Below, piece by piece: positions 29,654-42,210 of a stretch of DNA of 64,000 nt. The translations under genes were made by a program, and so were the position numbers. Source of the DNA: the human T2T-CHM13v2.0 reference genome, Homo sapiens; NCBI RefSeq assembly GCF_009914755.1, contig NC_060927.1; one strand, given 5' to 3'. A model generated the notes under the pieces. That model did no database searches. It saw only the letters and a program-made list of their open reading frames with translations, and was not told the origin of the DNA. Positions within the stretch are counted from its first letter, which is position 1, and each line of letters begins with the position of its first letter.

Positions 29654-31659
29654 AAGTCTCCTTCTGAAGATTGGCCCAAACAATCAGTAGAATGGGTGAC
29701 TTACTGAGAGTCCTAAAAACACATGCCTTGTACATTCTACCAAAACCTTCATTCATTTTGTCTTTACTGATCAAAATCCTTACACAGATAGAGGATACAT
29801 ATAATATGAACATACGGGATATTTTACTGATCCATTGTTATGGAAGTTAGTATACAATAATAATGTAATTTAGGCACCTTTAAACTAATGAAGTATTTCT
29901 GGAAAACATCATAACCTTGGAATACTGCAACCATTTACTCTAAAATTTGAAAACATTCAACTAAGTTATATTTCAGAAATATGTCTTTTTACTTCCGAAT
30001 GAAAAGAATATAAAGAAGTGAAAATTTTTGCAACCTATTGGGAGATCAAAAAGGAATTGGAAAATTCCTAAGGTAAGGTTTGTATATTTGGCAATTTTGC
30101 CAAAGAACAGAACACATTCCAATATCCTGCCAGAGAATCAGACAAGCTTTAGGGAATGTATTCTCAGATAGTTAACAAGTCCACAAATTCTGGTGTCTCC
30201 GTGACAGGAGGATTTAGGATCTAATGACTCCAATTGTTTTTTACTATATAGTCTACCAATTACATATTTATTTGCTTAAAAAAGTAACTTTTCAAAACTA
30301 GATTTGTTTCCAGGAAAATATAAACCCATCAACCTTGTACCTCTTGCTATGAATTATTCACTCACCAGCTTCAGACTATTTTCTGCTCCTAAGCAAAGAA
30401 TAAGATATGTATTGCCTCATATGACCCTGAAGTTCCTTCTATGGCCTGTAGGAACCATACAAGTTATTGGCATTTAAAATCATATTTTGATTACTGGTTT
30501 TTCTGCTAATCTGGTAGAATCATAAAATAATTTGACATAAACACAGTACTTTGCTTAGAATTTGGGGCATATTTTAAGTCTAACATGAACCCTAGGCTAA
30601 GAAATTATCACCATGGCATTGTACCAAAAATCATGTTTCCCATTTCTAGAAACACTCCTCATTCATGTTTGTCCTTCTTTCACCAACCCTTCTTTCACCT
30701 ACTTGTGGTCTTGGTGTTAAGATGTTGGAGTATTCCCACCGTGTGATTCTCTGCTTCTCCCAAATACCTTTTGTCTTCCCAGAGATATAAACAAAATACC
30801 ATGCTTCCAATAAAAGACAATTTTGAATAAATCTTTTAAACTATCACAACATTTTACAAAAAAGAAAATTCAGGCCAAAGGTCACATGGTTATTTAGAGA
30901 AAGACACATATTTAAGATATAAAACTAACCACTGAAGTAAATTGTCCTTCTATTATGTAATTTTGTGTCACTGGGAATATAGTTGGATTCTTCCTCTTTA
31001 ATATTATTCTTAGAGCATTATTAGCATCTGTCAGTGGCATAATCTTTATTGCAGGGATCTTAGAGTCACCATTGTCAAAATTTGTAAGATTCTGAGCTTC
31101 TCTTAGTGTTCTCAGAAGTGAATGATTGAAATAAAATTGAGATATAAATTCTATTTAGTGAGTTATCTGACAGGAGGTAGGAACTGAACTAGAAATTTAT
31201 TTTTTTAATGAGGGTGTGTAGAAGAGAAAGAGACAGTTTGGAAACAAGGTAATTTATTGAGGTAGAACTGAAAAACTTTCCACTAAAGCACTCTTTGGAT
31301 GCTCAAGGGAAGTGTAAGGATGTTAGGGAGTACATGGTAAAAATAAGCACATTTTCCCAATTTATTGTACAAATTGATCTGGAGCTTTGGAGGTGAAGCC
31401 ACTGAAATGCCACTAGGAATAATCTTGTAGCATGCTACTGTTGGTGGTCAAACCCATTACTAGCAAACTGAAGGAATAATCACATTTTGGCAAATGTATA
31501 AACTTGAATGAGTCAGAGTTTTTCAAATGTGTAAAAATGAAATCATTTAAATCCAAATTTGTATAGCTCATGGCTGGCTTATATTGATGATCTTAGGCAG
31601 TCCTGTTTCTTACATAGAATGACTTGTTAGTTGAGTTGAGGCTGTAATCTTACACTTAC

Positions 31660-32261
31660 CATGATGCCTGACTTAATGGGTAAATAACCAGTGGAGTGAC
31701 ACAGGACCCTGAACTCTGAGTGGGACCTCATACCTGGGGCTTAATGCTCTCCAGTGGCCATCTTGAAGTGCTTAAAAATTTTATCTTTGAGTTGGTTTTG
31801 TAAGCAAAGTCTGATAGGACAACAGAGCATGTGCTGAAGGCATCTGCTTATGTTAGTTTCTTTACATATACCAATATATAGTTTCTTTCAGATATACCTA
31901 TATATGTATATATGTGTGGTTCTGCCTCACACCAATTTGCCACCCAGAATAGGTTCTTAGTGACCATCTTCTCCATTCATACCCGAAGACCACTGTAGCC
32001 CAAAGCACTCAGCAGAGGTATAGGGAAATTGAGATCAGGATGTGCTTGCCCCAAGTGTGGATTTGCGGGGCATGCCTGTGATGGTCTGTACAAACTGAGT
32101 ATCCCTGTGCCCAGGAGAGTTCAACATTAAATAGCGTATATTTACCATGCAAGAAAGAAAATAAATACCATACTACAAAATGTTTTTTTCTGATCTTTGA
32201 ACAAAGAGTGTCACACTACATTTGGCACTGGGCCTACCTAGGAAATTATGCAGTTGGCCCT
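31660..32261 (+). mobile_element. MER91/Zaphod-like hAT-Tip100 DNA transposon derivative
   Basis: Left part TTAATGCTCT...GCCATCTTGAA and right end TTGAACAAAG...GCACTGGGCC...AAATTATGCAGTTGGCCCTG match recalled MER91 termini. Confidence 0.6.
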
Positions 32262-33109
32262 GCTTGCCATTGGAACAATGTAACAGCAATTTATTGTTTT
32301 CAAAATCTTTAGACTAACAATTGAATATCTTAGATGCTTTAATTTAATTGGCATAGAGTAGCATATGGAATTGTAGTTTATTCCCTTTTTTTAGCTAAAC
32401 ATGTTGCAAATCTTTCCTTTTATTATTTCAGAAGAGACACACAAGTTACATTATGGTTCAAGATCCTAAGTCCAAAGTTACTAAGGAAATTAACATGCTC
32501 ATTTTCTCTATGTTCCAACCTCTGTGAACAATAGAACAACTACAGAAATGAAAGATGTAACATTCCTTTGAAAAAATCCAAACAACATACATTTAAAAAA
32601 ATGTCCAACTACTGTTTTATGTACCTCAGAAAAGGGACTCTGCTAATCATTTCAGTTCATTCCTTAAGGACATCAGTTTAATGTATTACAGTGTGGGGGT
32701 GGGGGGTGCTGAGGTGAAGTCAACAATATAGCGTAAAATGAATAGAGTAATAAATTTACAAACAAACAGTAAAAAGTGATTTATTTGCTCTTTATGATTA
32801 AATTGAGAAGCAAGTGGAAATTTATTTTGATTCCATTTCATAGTCTTTGTGTTCTTATGAGATTCTCAGCAATGAATAATTGAAACTATTATCACTGATT
32901 TTGTTGAAATGCAAATAGAATTTCACTAATTCCCACCATCAAAACACTTCAATACTTCTCACTACTGATTGAATTATATATACACATGAATATGTCAAAT
33001 TTAATCCTGCCTTTCAATCCAATTTATACATATAATTTCCTTTACTTTCACCCTAGCATCTAGTTTTCTTAAAAATCATGCATTCTGCAAATCCTTCATG
33101 TTTCTTCAC

Positions 33110-33510
33110 TTATTTCTTCATTCATTCAAGAATTTATATTTGCTAGATATCAAGCCAGTCCTGTGATCTGGAGGTACAATATTGAGTAAATAGAACACTA
33201 CCCTTCTTTTATAGAATATATACTCTAGGGAAGGAAACAGATGTTAGCCAAATATTCTCAAAAGTTAATACATAATTACCAGTTCTAATTAATGCGATGG
33301 ACATGTATAAAATACTGTAAAGGATGCAAATAAAAAGCCTCCCTTGTGGGTGTGGCACAGTCTGAGGAGGAAGTGCTTGAATTGATATTAGAATAAATGA
33401 GTAGGTGTTAACCAGGTGAACACAGGCGGAAAATACAATCAACACAGAGGAAGCAAGAAATGTTAGGGGCTGAGGCTTGTTCTGAAAAACAGAGAGGATG
33501 CCAGAGCAGA
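33110..33510 (-). mobile_element. Degraded L2 3' fragment
   Basis: TTCATTCATTCAA...TTTAT start and purine-rich L2-like body; boundaries approximate. Confidence 0.5.
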
Positions 33511-33855
33511 ACTACTTCGTCTTTTATCTTATATATCTATCTCATGTCATGATTTCTTACATAATCAGCATTAAATATTTATTCACTGAAAACTATAAGC
33601 AATGCCCTGTATTGTGGAATATGAGTAAACTATGTAAAAGCAACTATTGACAGGGTCCGCTCATAAAAACAGAAATCACTCTGAGTTTTTTTAAGTGTCA
33701 GTTATCTAGGTGAGAAAGCAAACATGGGTAGTTTACCAGAGATTACCAACATTAGAAAACTGCTATCACTCTCTGGCTGGAAAGAGGAAGAGCCCAGAAG
33801 CTGTCAGAGCTTGTTCGCTTAGCATACCTAGTGTCTAGTACTGAGTTTAACTTTC

Positions 33856-34190
33856 ATGTATATGTGTGTGCATGTATGTGTGTGTGTGTATATAAACATA
33901 TATACATAAACATGTATATACACGTATACATAAACATGTATATACACATATACATAAACATGTATATACACATATACATAAACATGTATATACACATATA
34001 CATAAACATGTATATACACATATACATAAACATGTATATACACATACATAAACGTATATACATATATACATAAACATGTATATACACATATATGAACATG
34101 TATATACATATATAGATATTTATATACATATATACACATAAACATGTATATGTTAGTTTTTTTTACATATACCTATATATGTATATATAA
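33856..34190. repeat. AT-rich minisatellite with a 24-bp unit TATACATAAACATGTATATACACA (6 near-perfect copies at 33901-34044, degenerate flanks)
   Basis: Tandem periodicity is directly visible; it explains the repetitive ORFs at 33828-34145. Confidence 0.95.
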
Positions 34191-34234
34191 AAACTCTCAT
34201 GGTAACAAAGAGGAGAAAGCAGAAGGGAAAGGTG

Positions 34235-34790
34235 TATTCATTTAACTTAATACACATTTACAGGGCAGCAACTTATTGCTACACTCAGTACTTGATACTG
34301 GATATGTCAAGTGAACAAAATCCAGTTTCTGCTTTCAGGATGCTAATGAAAGAGAAAATGTAAACAAGCAACCCCGGTTTACATTACTAAGGTGTGTATT
34401 CGGGTTAAGTTTAGTATGAAATGATAATCACACAGCATCTTGAGAAAACAGGGTAATGTGACATCTAGACAGAGAACAAGAGGATGAGTAGGAGTTCTCC
34501 AGGCAAAGAGAGGATTAAGAAGTGGGGGAACATTCCAGGTAGATCCCACAGCATATTCAAGGACAGGGATAAAGCATAAAGAAGATCATGGAGATCTGGA
34601 GTTACCGTTTTCACTAAGAGTGCACTGATTACAAGAAGGATGAAGAGATGAATTCAGAACAGTAAGCAGTGGCTGGATCATGCATTCTTCTCTAAGTCCT
34701 ATTAAGAATTTTACACTTTGCCCTTAGAAAAATGTGTCACCGAAGTATTTCAAGGGTTAGGAGCAGCAAGGACAATTAGTATCACTGTTT
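34235..34790 (-). mobile_element. Degraded L2 fragment
   Basis: ATTCATTTAAC start and AGGATGAGTAGGAGTT...CATTCCAGGTAGA motif of L2; boundaries approximate. Confidence 0.5.
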
Positions 34791-35329
34791 TTCCTTTAAT
34801 GACAGGGCCCTCCACATCTGCGGAGGAATTTCAAGATTTCAGAAGTAAAAGTATTTGAGTTCTCTACAATTTTGTTGCTTTTACCCTAAGCCAAAGCTAA
34901 CTCCACCCAAAACACAGATGGAGAAATGTCCCCTTATCAAATTCTGTTTGCCTACTACTCATCAAGATAATTTTATCTTCAGAATATTAGTTTATTTTCT
35001 TCAACCACTTATATTTACATAAGTCAATTTTAGCCCCTTTTTGACAAAAACCAAAACCCTTTACAGAATTATCTTTGCTTAAGTCTGAGAGCATACTTAT
35101 TAATCCTCAGTATTACTCTATTCTTTGTTGAAATTGTTAAAAATTCCATAAAGTGCTAATGTATTTTTATTGAATAGAATATGGTAGAGTATAGGAATGT
35201 AGCATAAACCGAGATTTCCATTTAAAAGCAGAGATTCTGAATTCCTAAAAATTTAGAAGATGTTCAATAAATATTTGTTGAAGGGATGAATTGTCCTTTC
35301 AAACTATTTTTTTTATTTCTTAAGGAAGG

Positions 35330-36054
35330 TGCATTAATTCATTAATTTAACAGGTGTTTATGTTGTGCTACCTATATGTCAGAAATGCTTTTAGCACGGA
35401 TATAATTGTAAATAAAAAAGGAAAATAAACTTTGATTTCATGGTATTCTTTTACTGGAGACGAGATGAATAAAGATAAAGTAAAAATATCTATGTTATCA
35501 GATTACAATAAAATTACAGAAAAAATAAAACGGAAAAGTTTGCAGAAGTGTAGGGATTCAGTTTTTAATAGGTGGGTATTAAGGGCTTTACTGAGAAGAT
35601 AATATTTTGACAAAGACCCAAAGGAGGAGAAAGAGTGAAGTGTGTGGTGTTCTGGGGAGAGATTATTTCAAGCTGAGGGAGCAGCAATGCAAAAACCTCA
35701 AAAGTAGGAGTATCCCAGTATGCATGAAGAAAATCAATGAGTTACTTGGGAGAAGAATGAAGAGGAAACGGAAATAAGAACCGACGAGTAATGGAATGAG
35801 AGAGGGAATACTTTTTAGGATCTTTCAGGTTATTTTCAATACTATGACTTTTTTATAAGTCAAATTAAAATCAGAATATTTTGAGCAGATGAAGGGTATG
35901 CTCTAACATGTTTTAACAGAATCACTCTAGATTCAGTAGTAAGAATAGACTGTGAACAGGGAAAAATGGAAGCAAGGACACTGATGAAAAGATTTTTACA
36001 ATCATTCTGCCCAAACATGATGTTGATTTACCGAAGTAATAAAAGAAGAGATAG
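35330..36054 (-). mobile_element. L2 (L2a-like) 3' fragment
   Basis: ATTCATTAATTTAACAGGTGTTTAT...CTACCTATATGTCAG and TGTTTTAACAGAATCACTCT motifs. Confidence 0.6.
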
Positions 36055-38295
36055 TGTATTAGTCGATTTTGAGTTTCCATAGGAGTACCTGAGGCTGGGT
36101 AATTTTAATACAAAGAAAAGAAGTTTATTTTTGTATTTTTAACTCATTGTCCTGTAAACTATATGAAGCATAGTGATGGCATCCACTTCTAGTGAGGGCT
36201 TCAGGAAGCTTCTCACTTATTGTGAGACTTATTCAGTATCACAAGAATAGTACAGGAAAGACTAGCCCACATGATTCAAATACCTCCCCCGGGTCCCTCC
36301 CACAACACGTGGGAATTCTGGGAGATACAATGCAAGTTGAGATTTGGATGGGGACACAGCCAAACCATATAATTCCACCTCTGGCTCCTCCAAATCTCTC
36401 ATCCTCACATTTCAAAACCAATCATGCCTTCCCAATGGTCTCCCAAAGCCTTAACTCATTTCAGCATTAACCCAAAAATACAAAGTCCAAAGTTTCACCT
36501 GAGACAATACAAATCCTTTCTGCCTATGGGCCTGTAAAATCAAAAGCAAGCTAGTTACTTTCTATATACAATGGAGGTACAAGTATTGGGTAAATACAGC
36601 CACTCCAAATTGGAGAAATTGCCAAAACAAAGGGGTTGCAGGGCCTATGCAAGTCCAAAATCCAGTTGGACAGTCAAATTTTAAAGCTCCATAATTATTT
36701 CCTTCGACTCCAGGTCTCACATCTGGGTCATGCTGATGTAACGGGTGGATTCCCATGGTCTTGGGCAGCTCTGCCCCTGTGGCTTTGCAGGGTACAACCT
36801 CCCTCCTGGCTGCTTTCAAGATGTGGTGTTGAGTGTCTGTGGCTTTTCCAGGCTCACGGTGCAAGCTCTGAGTGGATCTACTATTCTCGGTTCTGAGGAC
36901 GGTGGCCCTCCACTAGACAGTGCCTCAGTAAGGACTCCCTGTGGGGGCTCTGACCCCACATTTCCCTTCTGCACTACCCTAGCAGAGGTTCTCCATGAAG
37001 GACTCACCCCTGCAGCAAACTTTTGGCTGGACATCCATGTGTTTCCATCTATCTTCTGAAATCTAGGTGTAGGTTCCCAAACCTCAGTTCTTGACTTCCG
37101 TGCACCCACATGCTCAATACCACGTGAAAGTTGCCGAGGCTTGGGGCTTCCACTCTCTAAAGCCACAGCCCAAGCTGTACATTGGCCTCTTTCAGCCACG
37201 ACTGGAGCAGCTGGGACACAGGGCACCAAGTCCCTCGGCTGCACACAACAGAGGGACTCAGCGCCTGGTCCACGAAACCCTTTTTTTCCTGGGCCTTGGG
37301 GCCTGTGATGGGAGGGGCTGCTGTGAATGTCTCTGACATGGCCTGGATATGTTGTGCTCTTGGTCTTGGGGATTAACAACAGGCTCCTTGCTACTTATGC
37401 AAATTTCTGCAGCCGGCTTGAATTTCTCCCCAGAAAATGGGTTTTTCTTTTCTATTGCATAGTCAGGATGTAAATTTTTCAAACTTTTGTGCTCTGCTCT
37501 CCTTATAAAACTGAATGCTTTTAACAGTACTTAAGTCATCTTCTGATTGCTTGGCTGCTTAGACATTTCTTCCGCCAGATCATCTTCTGCTAAATCATGT
37601 TTCTCAAGTTCAAAGTTCCACAAATCTCTAGGGTAGGGGAAAAATGCTCTCAGTCTCTTTGATAAAACGTAACAAGAGTCACCTTTGCTCCAGTTCCCAA
37701 CAAGTTCCTCATCTCTATCTAAGATCAACTCAGCCTGGACTTTATTGTCCATATCACTGTCAGCATTTCGGGAAAAGGTATTCAACAAGTCTGAAGGAAG
37801 TTCCAAACTTTCCCACATTTTTCTGTCTTCTTCTGAGCCCTTCAAACTGTTTCAAACTCTGCCTGTTACCCAGTTCCCAAGTTGCTTCTACATTTTCACG
37901 TATTTTTTCAGCAGTGTCCCACTCTCCTGGTACCAATTTACTGTATTAGTCCATTTCCATGCTGCTAATAAAGACAAACCTGAGACTGGAGAGAAAAAGA
38001 AGTTTAATTGCACTTACACTTACAGATGTCTGGGGAGGCCTCAGAATCATTGCAGGAGGCAAGAGGCACTTCTTACATGGCAGCAAGAAAAGAAAATGAG
38101 GAGGAAGCAAAAGTAGAAACCCCTGATAAACCCAGCAGATCTTTTGAGACTTGCTCACAATCACAAGAATAGCACGGGAAAGACCAGCCCACTTGATTCA
38201 ATTACCTCCCCCTGGGTCCCTCCCACAACATGTGGGAATTCTGGGAGATACTATTCAAGTTGGGATTTGGGTGGGGACACAGCCAAACCATATCA
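36055..38295 (-). mobile_element. THE1D-like MaLR provirus: chimeric left LTR 36055-36372, internal 36373-37941, LTR 37942-38295
   Basis: THE1 internal region; the right LTR carries the THE1D-like GGGAATTCTGGGAGATAC. The first ~160 bp of the left LTR is MST-like. No TSD (GATAG vs ATTTA). Confidence 0.85.
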
Positions 38296-38850
38296 ATTTA
38301 TAATATCATCTTTATTCATAATAGTTAACAATGGGATATAACTCAAATGTTCAACTGATAAATGCTTGAAAAAATATATAATGCTTATATATTATATATA
38401 AGCAATATATAATATATACAATGCTTAAAAGTATTATTTATATATTTATATATCCATACAATCAAAACTACTCAATAATAACTCAATTGAAAAAAGGAAT
38501 GAACTACTGGTACAGAGAAAAAATATAGATAGGTGGGTATCAGCCAATTTATGTTAAGTATAAGAAGCAGAACTATATGATACCCATTTTATTATTTTAT
38601 TTATGTGCATTTCTAAAAGAGAGAAAAACCACAAACAGAACACCGGTCACTGCTTTCTCAGGGATGAGGTTGAGGAGAGGAATCACTAAAAGTGGCAGAG
38701 GGGAACTTTTGGGGGTTATATACATGGTCTGTATTACAAGTATTCTTATAGTTACATAACAAAATGCATTTGTCAGTACTCATACATTGCACATATAAAA
38801 TTGATGAACTTTATTATGATGTAAGTTACATCTCAATGAAGCTGGGTAAA
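38296..38850 (+). mobile_element. Old L1M 3'-end fragment
   Basis: TTTATTCATAATAG...AACTCAAATGTTCA, AAAAGGAATGAACTACTG and TACATCTCAATGAAGCTG motifs. Confidence 0.6.
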
Positions 38851-39319
38851 AATATCAGTGATAGGATAGATTATATGATTAATTGTGCTGAGATGATTTT
38901 TGTCCATGCGGAAAAATGCAACTTTTTTACATCACTCCATATACAGAAAATAAATCTGGGGTGGATTAAAGAGGAGGGGATAATCCTACTGGGAAGACAA
39001 AACCAGAAACTTCTTCTATAACGTTTTATCGAACAGGTTGAAGAGCTGAAAGAGTGAAAGTGAGAGAGAAAGAGAGGAAATAAAAGCTCTGAAGAAAATA
39101 TGATGACTATATTATCAACACCTTGAGAGCCAATCCGATAGGTATATATTATAGAATCTTTTGGTCTTTTTGTACCTAAAAATAATAAAACATAAATAAA
39201 TAAAACATTTATTATCAAAGGATAATTGTTAAGGGATAATCAATAATTATGGAATGTTATGCTAGTATAAGTAACTATACATTTGTGCAAATTTCTGAGA
39301 AAAAGTAGACTTACTGGGA

Positions 39320-39863
39320 CAGATTGGATTTTTCAGCAATGACAACAGCAGTATTTTCAGTCAAATAATGCATTTCCTTTTGGAGAGAAATGAGATCTAT
39401 ATTTTCTCCTTTTGAATTTGGGAAGGGGCTTGTGACTGCTCCAAAGCACAGAATATGAACAAACCTACACTGTGTGAATTTCAAGGCTGAGTCATATCAA
39501 ATTCCTCTTGGTACTCTCTCTATCTCCTGGAAAACATGCTTTAGAGTCTGGGGATTCATTTAACAATGCCTTCTACCTTGAAGCTGCTATGCTGGGAAAC
39601 CCAAGTAGAAATAAAGAGAGATGCCCAAGAACTCCTAGCCATTCCAGTGTCCAGACAAGTCTTCTCCATCCAGGTACTAGCATGTGAGTAAATGAGATTT
39701 CAGATGATTCTGGACCACTGGCCTCAAGCTGCCCTGGGTGACAGAGTAGAGCAGAAACAAGCTAGCCCTCTCAGGCACCAGCCCAGACAACAGATTTGTG
39801 CACAAAACGTGTTTTATACCACTAAGTTTTGGAGTTTTCTATACAGCACTAGATATCTAGGAC
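39320..39863 (+). mobile_element. Old MLT1 (H/J-like) MaLR solo LTR
   Basis: CCTTTTGAATTTGGG...GCTTGTGACTGCT and the terminal CCACTAAGTTTTGGAGT...TACAGCACTAGATATCTAGGACA. Confidence 0.65.
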
Positions 39864-41518
39864 ATATGTCTGAAAATAGAAGGTAGATAGAAAATTGAAA
39901 AGGGATAAACAATCTGTCAAGTGAAACAGAATAAGCTTAGTTTTGACACCAGATTCATACAACAGTGGACATTTCACGTCTGTATCTTTAGACAATGTGT
40001 AGAACGCTGAAAAGGCACCTGGAAAAGAGGTCTGGAGGAGTTTTAAATTTTGAAGACATAGCTCAAAAATTATTTCTCTCATGGAGGCATATATGCTGCA
40101 CCTTTGTGTTTTCAAGGCTCTGATCACTCACTCTTGACTAAGTTCCAGGTCATTAGGACAGAGAATCAAACAGAAGTCATAGAGGTTTTTCTTTCCATTT
40201 AAAAAATTCTATTTTCTATCATCATCTACTTACTCTCCCAAGTGCATGTCAGTAACATTAATTCTTAATTGTTCTAGGTAAATTTTATTTAGTCTCTGTA
40301 ACCTCAGAGTAATTATAGTGATGAAATTTAAATTGCTACTTGACGCAACAGCATTCCTTTTGTTTTTTTCTCTTTTTCTGCTACCAAAATAGAAGTTGTT
40401 TAAAACAACATTTGTAAAAAACTTAATTTGGAAAATGTAATTCAACAAGTAATTGCTGAAGACCTGCTAGAACAGAAGCTATCCTGCAAACATTCATGAG
40501 AAATAAAAAGATGCTTTCCCTATAGACATAAATATCTTGTAGAGAAGGTAAGACACTTCAACATAAAAAATGGCATTCTTTAAATACATAAATTATGGAA
40601 AATTATATGGTAAATGGCACAATAACATAAAAATTCAAAATGATAATATTTGGCTGTTGAGTAAATGGAAGAGGATTTTCCATGATATCAGGCTATATAT
40701 ATTGACACTTTGTTGATCGACCAAAATGATATTTTAGATTAAAATAAACAGCCTGGACACATGCATAAACTTGAAGAAGCACAGAGTATAACTGGAGACA
40801 CAATGTAATTTAATTTACTTAGATAAATACATGCATTGCAAGGTAAGAATATTGGATTTTATCTTTTAACAAAATTGCTTTTGATAGTTTGAGGATAGAT
40901 TTGGTATGGTAAAACATTATATTTTAGAAAATTATACTTTTATATTAAGTATAAATCAATCCAAAATTTGGAATATAAATTCAGCAGTAATGTATGTATT
41001 TTTATGAATATAGGTAGTATGTGATATCCTTTGGTTTAAGATGGTGGGCAATCATCTTGTCATTTCTTAACTGGAACCAGTAACAATAAAAACAACAATA
41101 AGTAGAAATAACAATAAAAAAAACACTTAAGAAAACAAACTTTATTTTAGCCAGAATAGGGAGGCACCTATACTTCCAACCTCAATAGGTGAACAGATAG
41201 ATGAGTTGAAAGAGTATAGCAGACTTTGGCCAGATGCAATAAGGAACTAGATTTTCTAAACTATATGCCACAGACCAAAAAGTAAAACCAACTTATTTTG
41301 AACAAGCAGATCAGAGTATAAAAGCTGGTTGTAGTAACCTCTTGAACTTTGATTGACAATAGTTCTGTTAAAGCAGAAGCTGGAAATTATGCAGACATTC
41401 CATCACAGCAAAAGCTACCCTGTCGTGTGACAGGTTAGAGGAGAAACTTTGGATTGCAAACAGCCTTGCTGCTGCCAATATTTGTCAGCTGAAGTTAAGT
41501 AAAGTAACTTAATTATAT

Positions 41519-41595
41519 CACACACACACAGACAACACATACGCGCACACACACACACACGCTCACGCACATACACACACACACACACACACACA
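41519..41595. repeat. Interrupted (CA)n microsatellite
   Basis: Directly visible. Confidence 0.95.
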
Positions 41596-42210
41596 TATCC
41601 TCACCCTGGGGAGTGGTTTTGCCTTTCTAAACATATATTTACTTTGTTCCTTGTAATGATACTCTGCTTTTTGTTTTGTTTTGTTTTCTGTCTTTGTTTT
41701 TCATTTATATTCTCTATTTCCCAGGTAAAAGTGATTACCTCTTTGTTTCATAGGTAAGAACGAGAGTCTGGTTCCCCCAACCCCTATCTCCTATGCATAG
41801 TTATTTGTTTAGGAATGAAACTGTCACCCAACACAACGAGTAAGACTGAATTTCAGAGATTTTGGAAGTAAAAGCTAATAAGTGAAATATTTTCCCTTTC
41901 TTTTCTTTCCTCTTTTTTAAAATTTGTGAGATTGAATTTTTGTGATTTCCACATATCAGATATTCAACTTCTGACTCTTAATAAAACAAGACTTATTTTT
42001 CTCTTGTAACCACTATAACAAGGAAGAAAGCAAGGCCAGAGCAGACACAGCCATTAAAAGACACAGGAACCCAGGTATTCATTCTCTGTTTTCCTGTTAT
42101 GCAGTCATGCCCACAAAATGGCTGCTCCCCTGCTGGCAAAAACAGGTTGAAGGTTAAGGAGCTATGGCACTGGCCCGCTCAATATTTCAGTTATTTTGGA
42201 AAAATAATAT

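Noticed and set aside
33828-34145. Repetitive ORFs on both strands (VYVYIH..., MYIHIYIN...)
   Set aside because: Translation artefacts of a 24-bp minisatellite whose unit is divisible by 3. The units are contiguous with no spacers, so this is not CRISPR.
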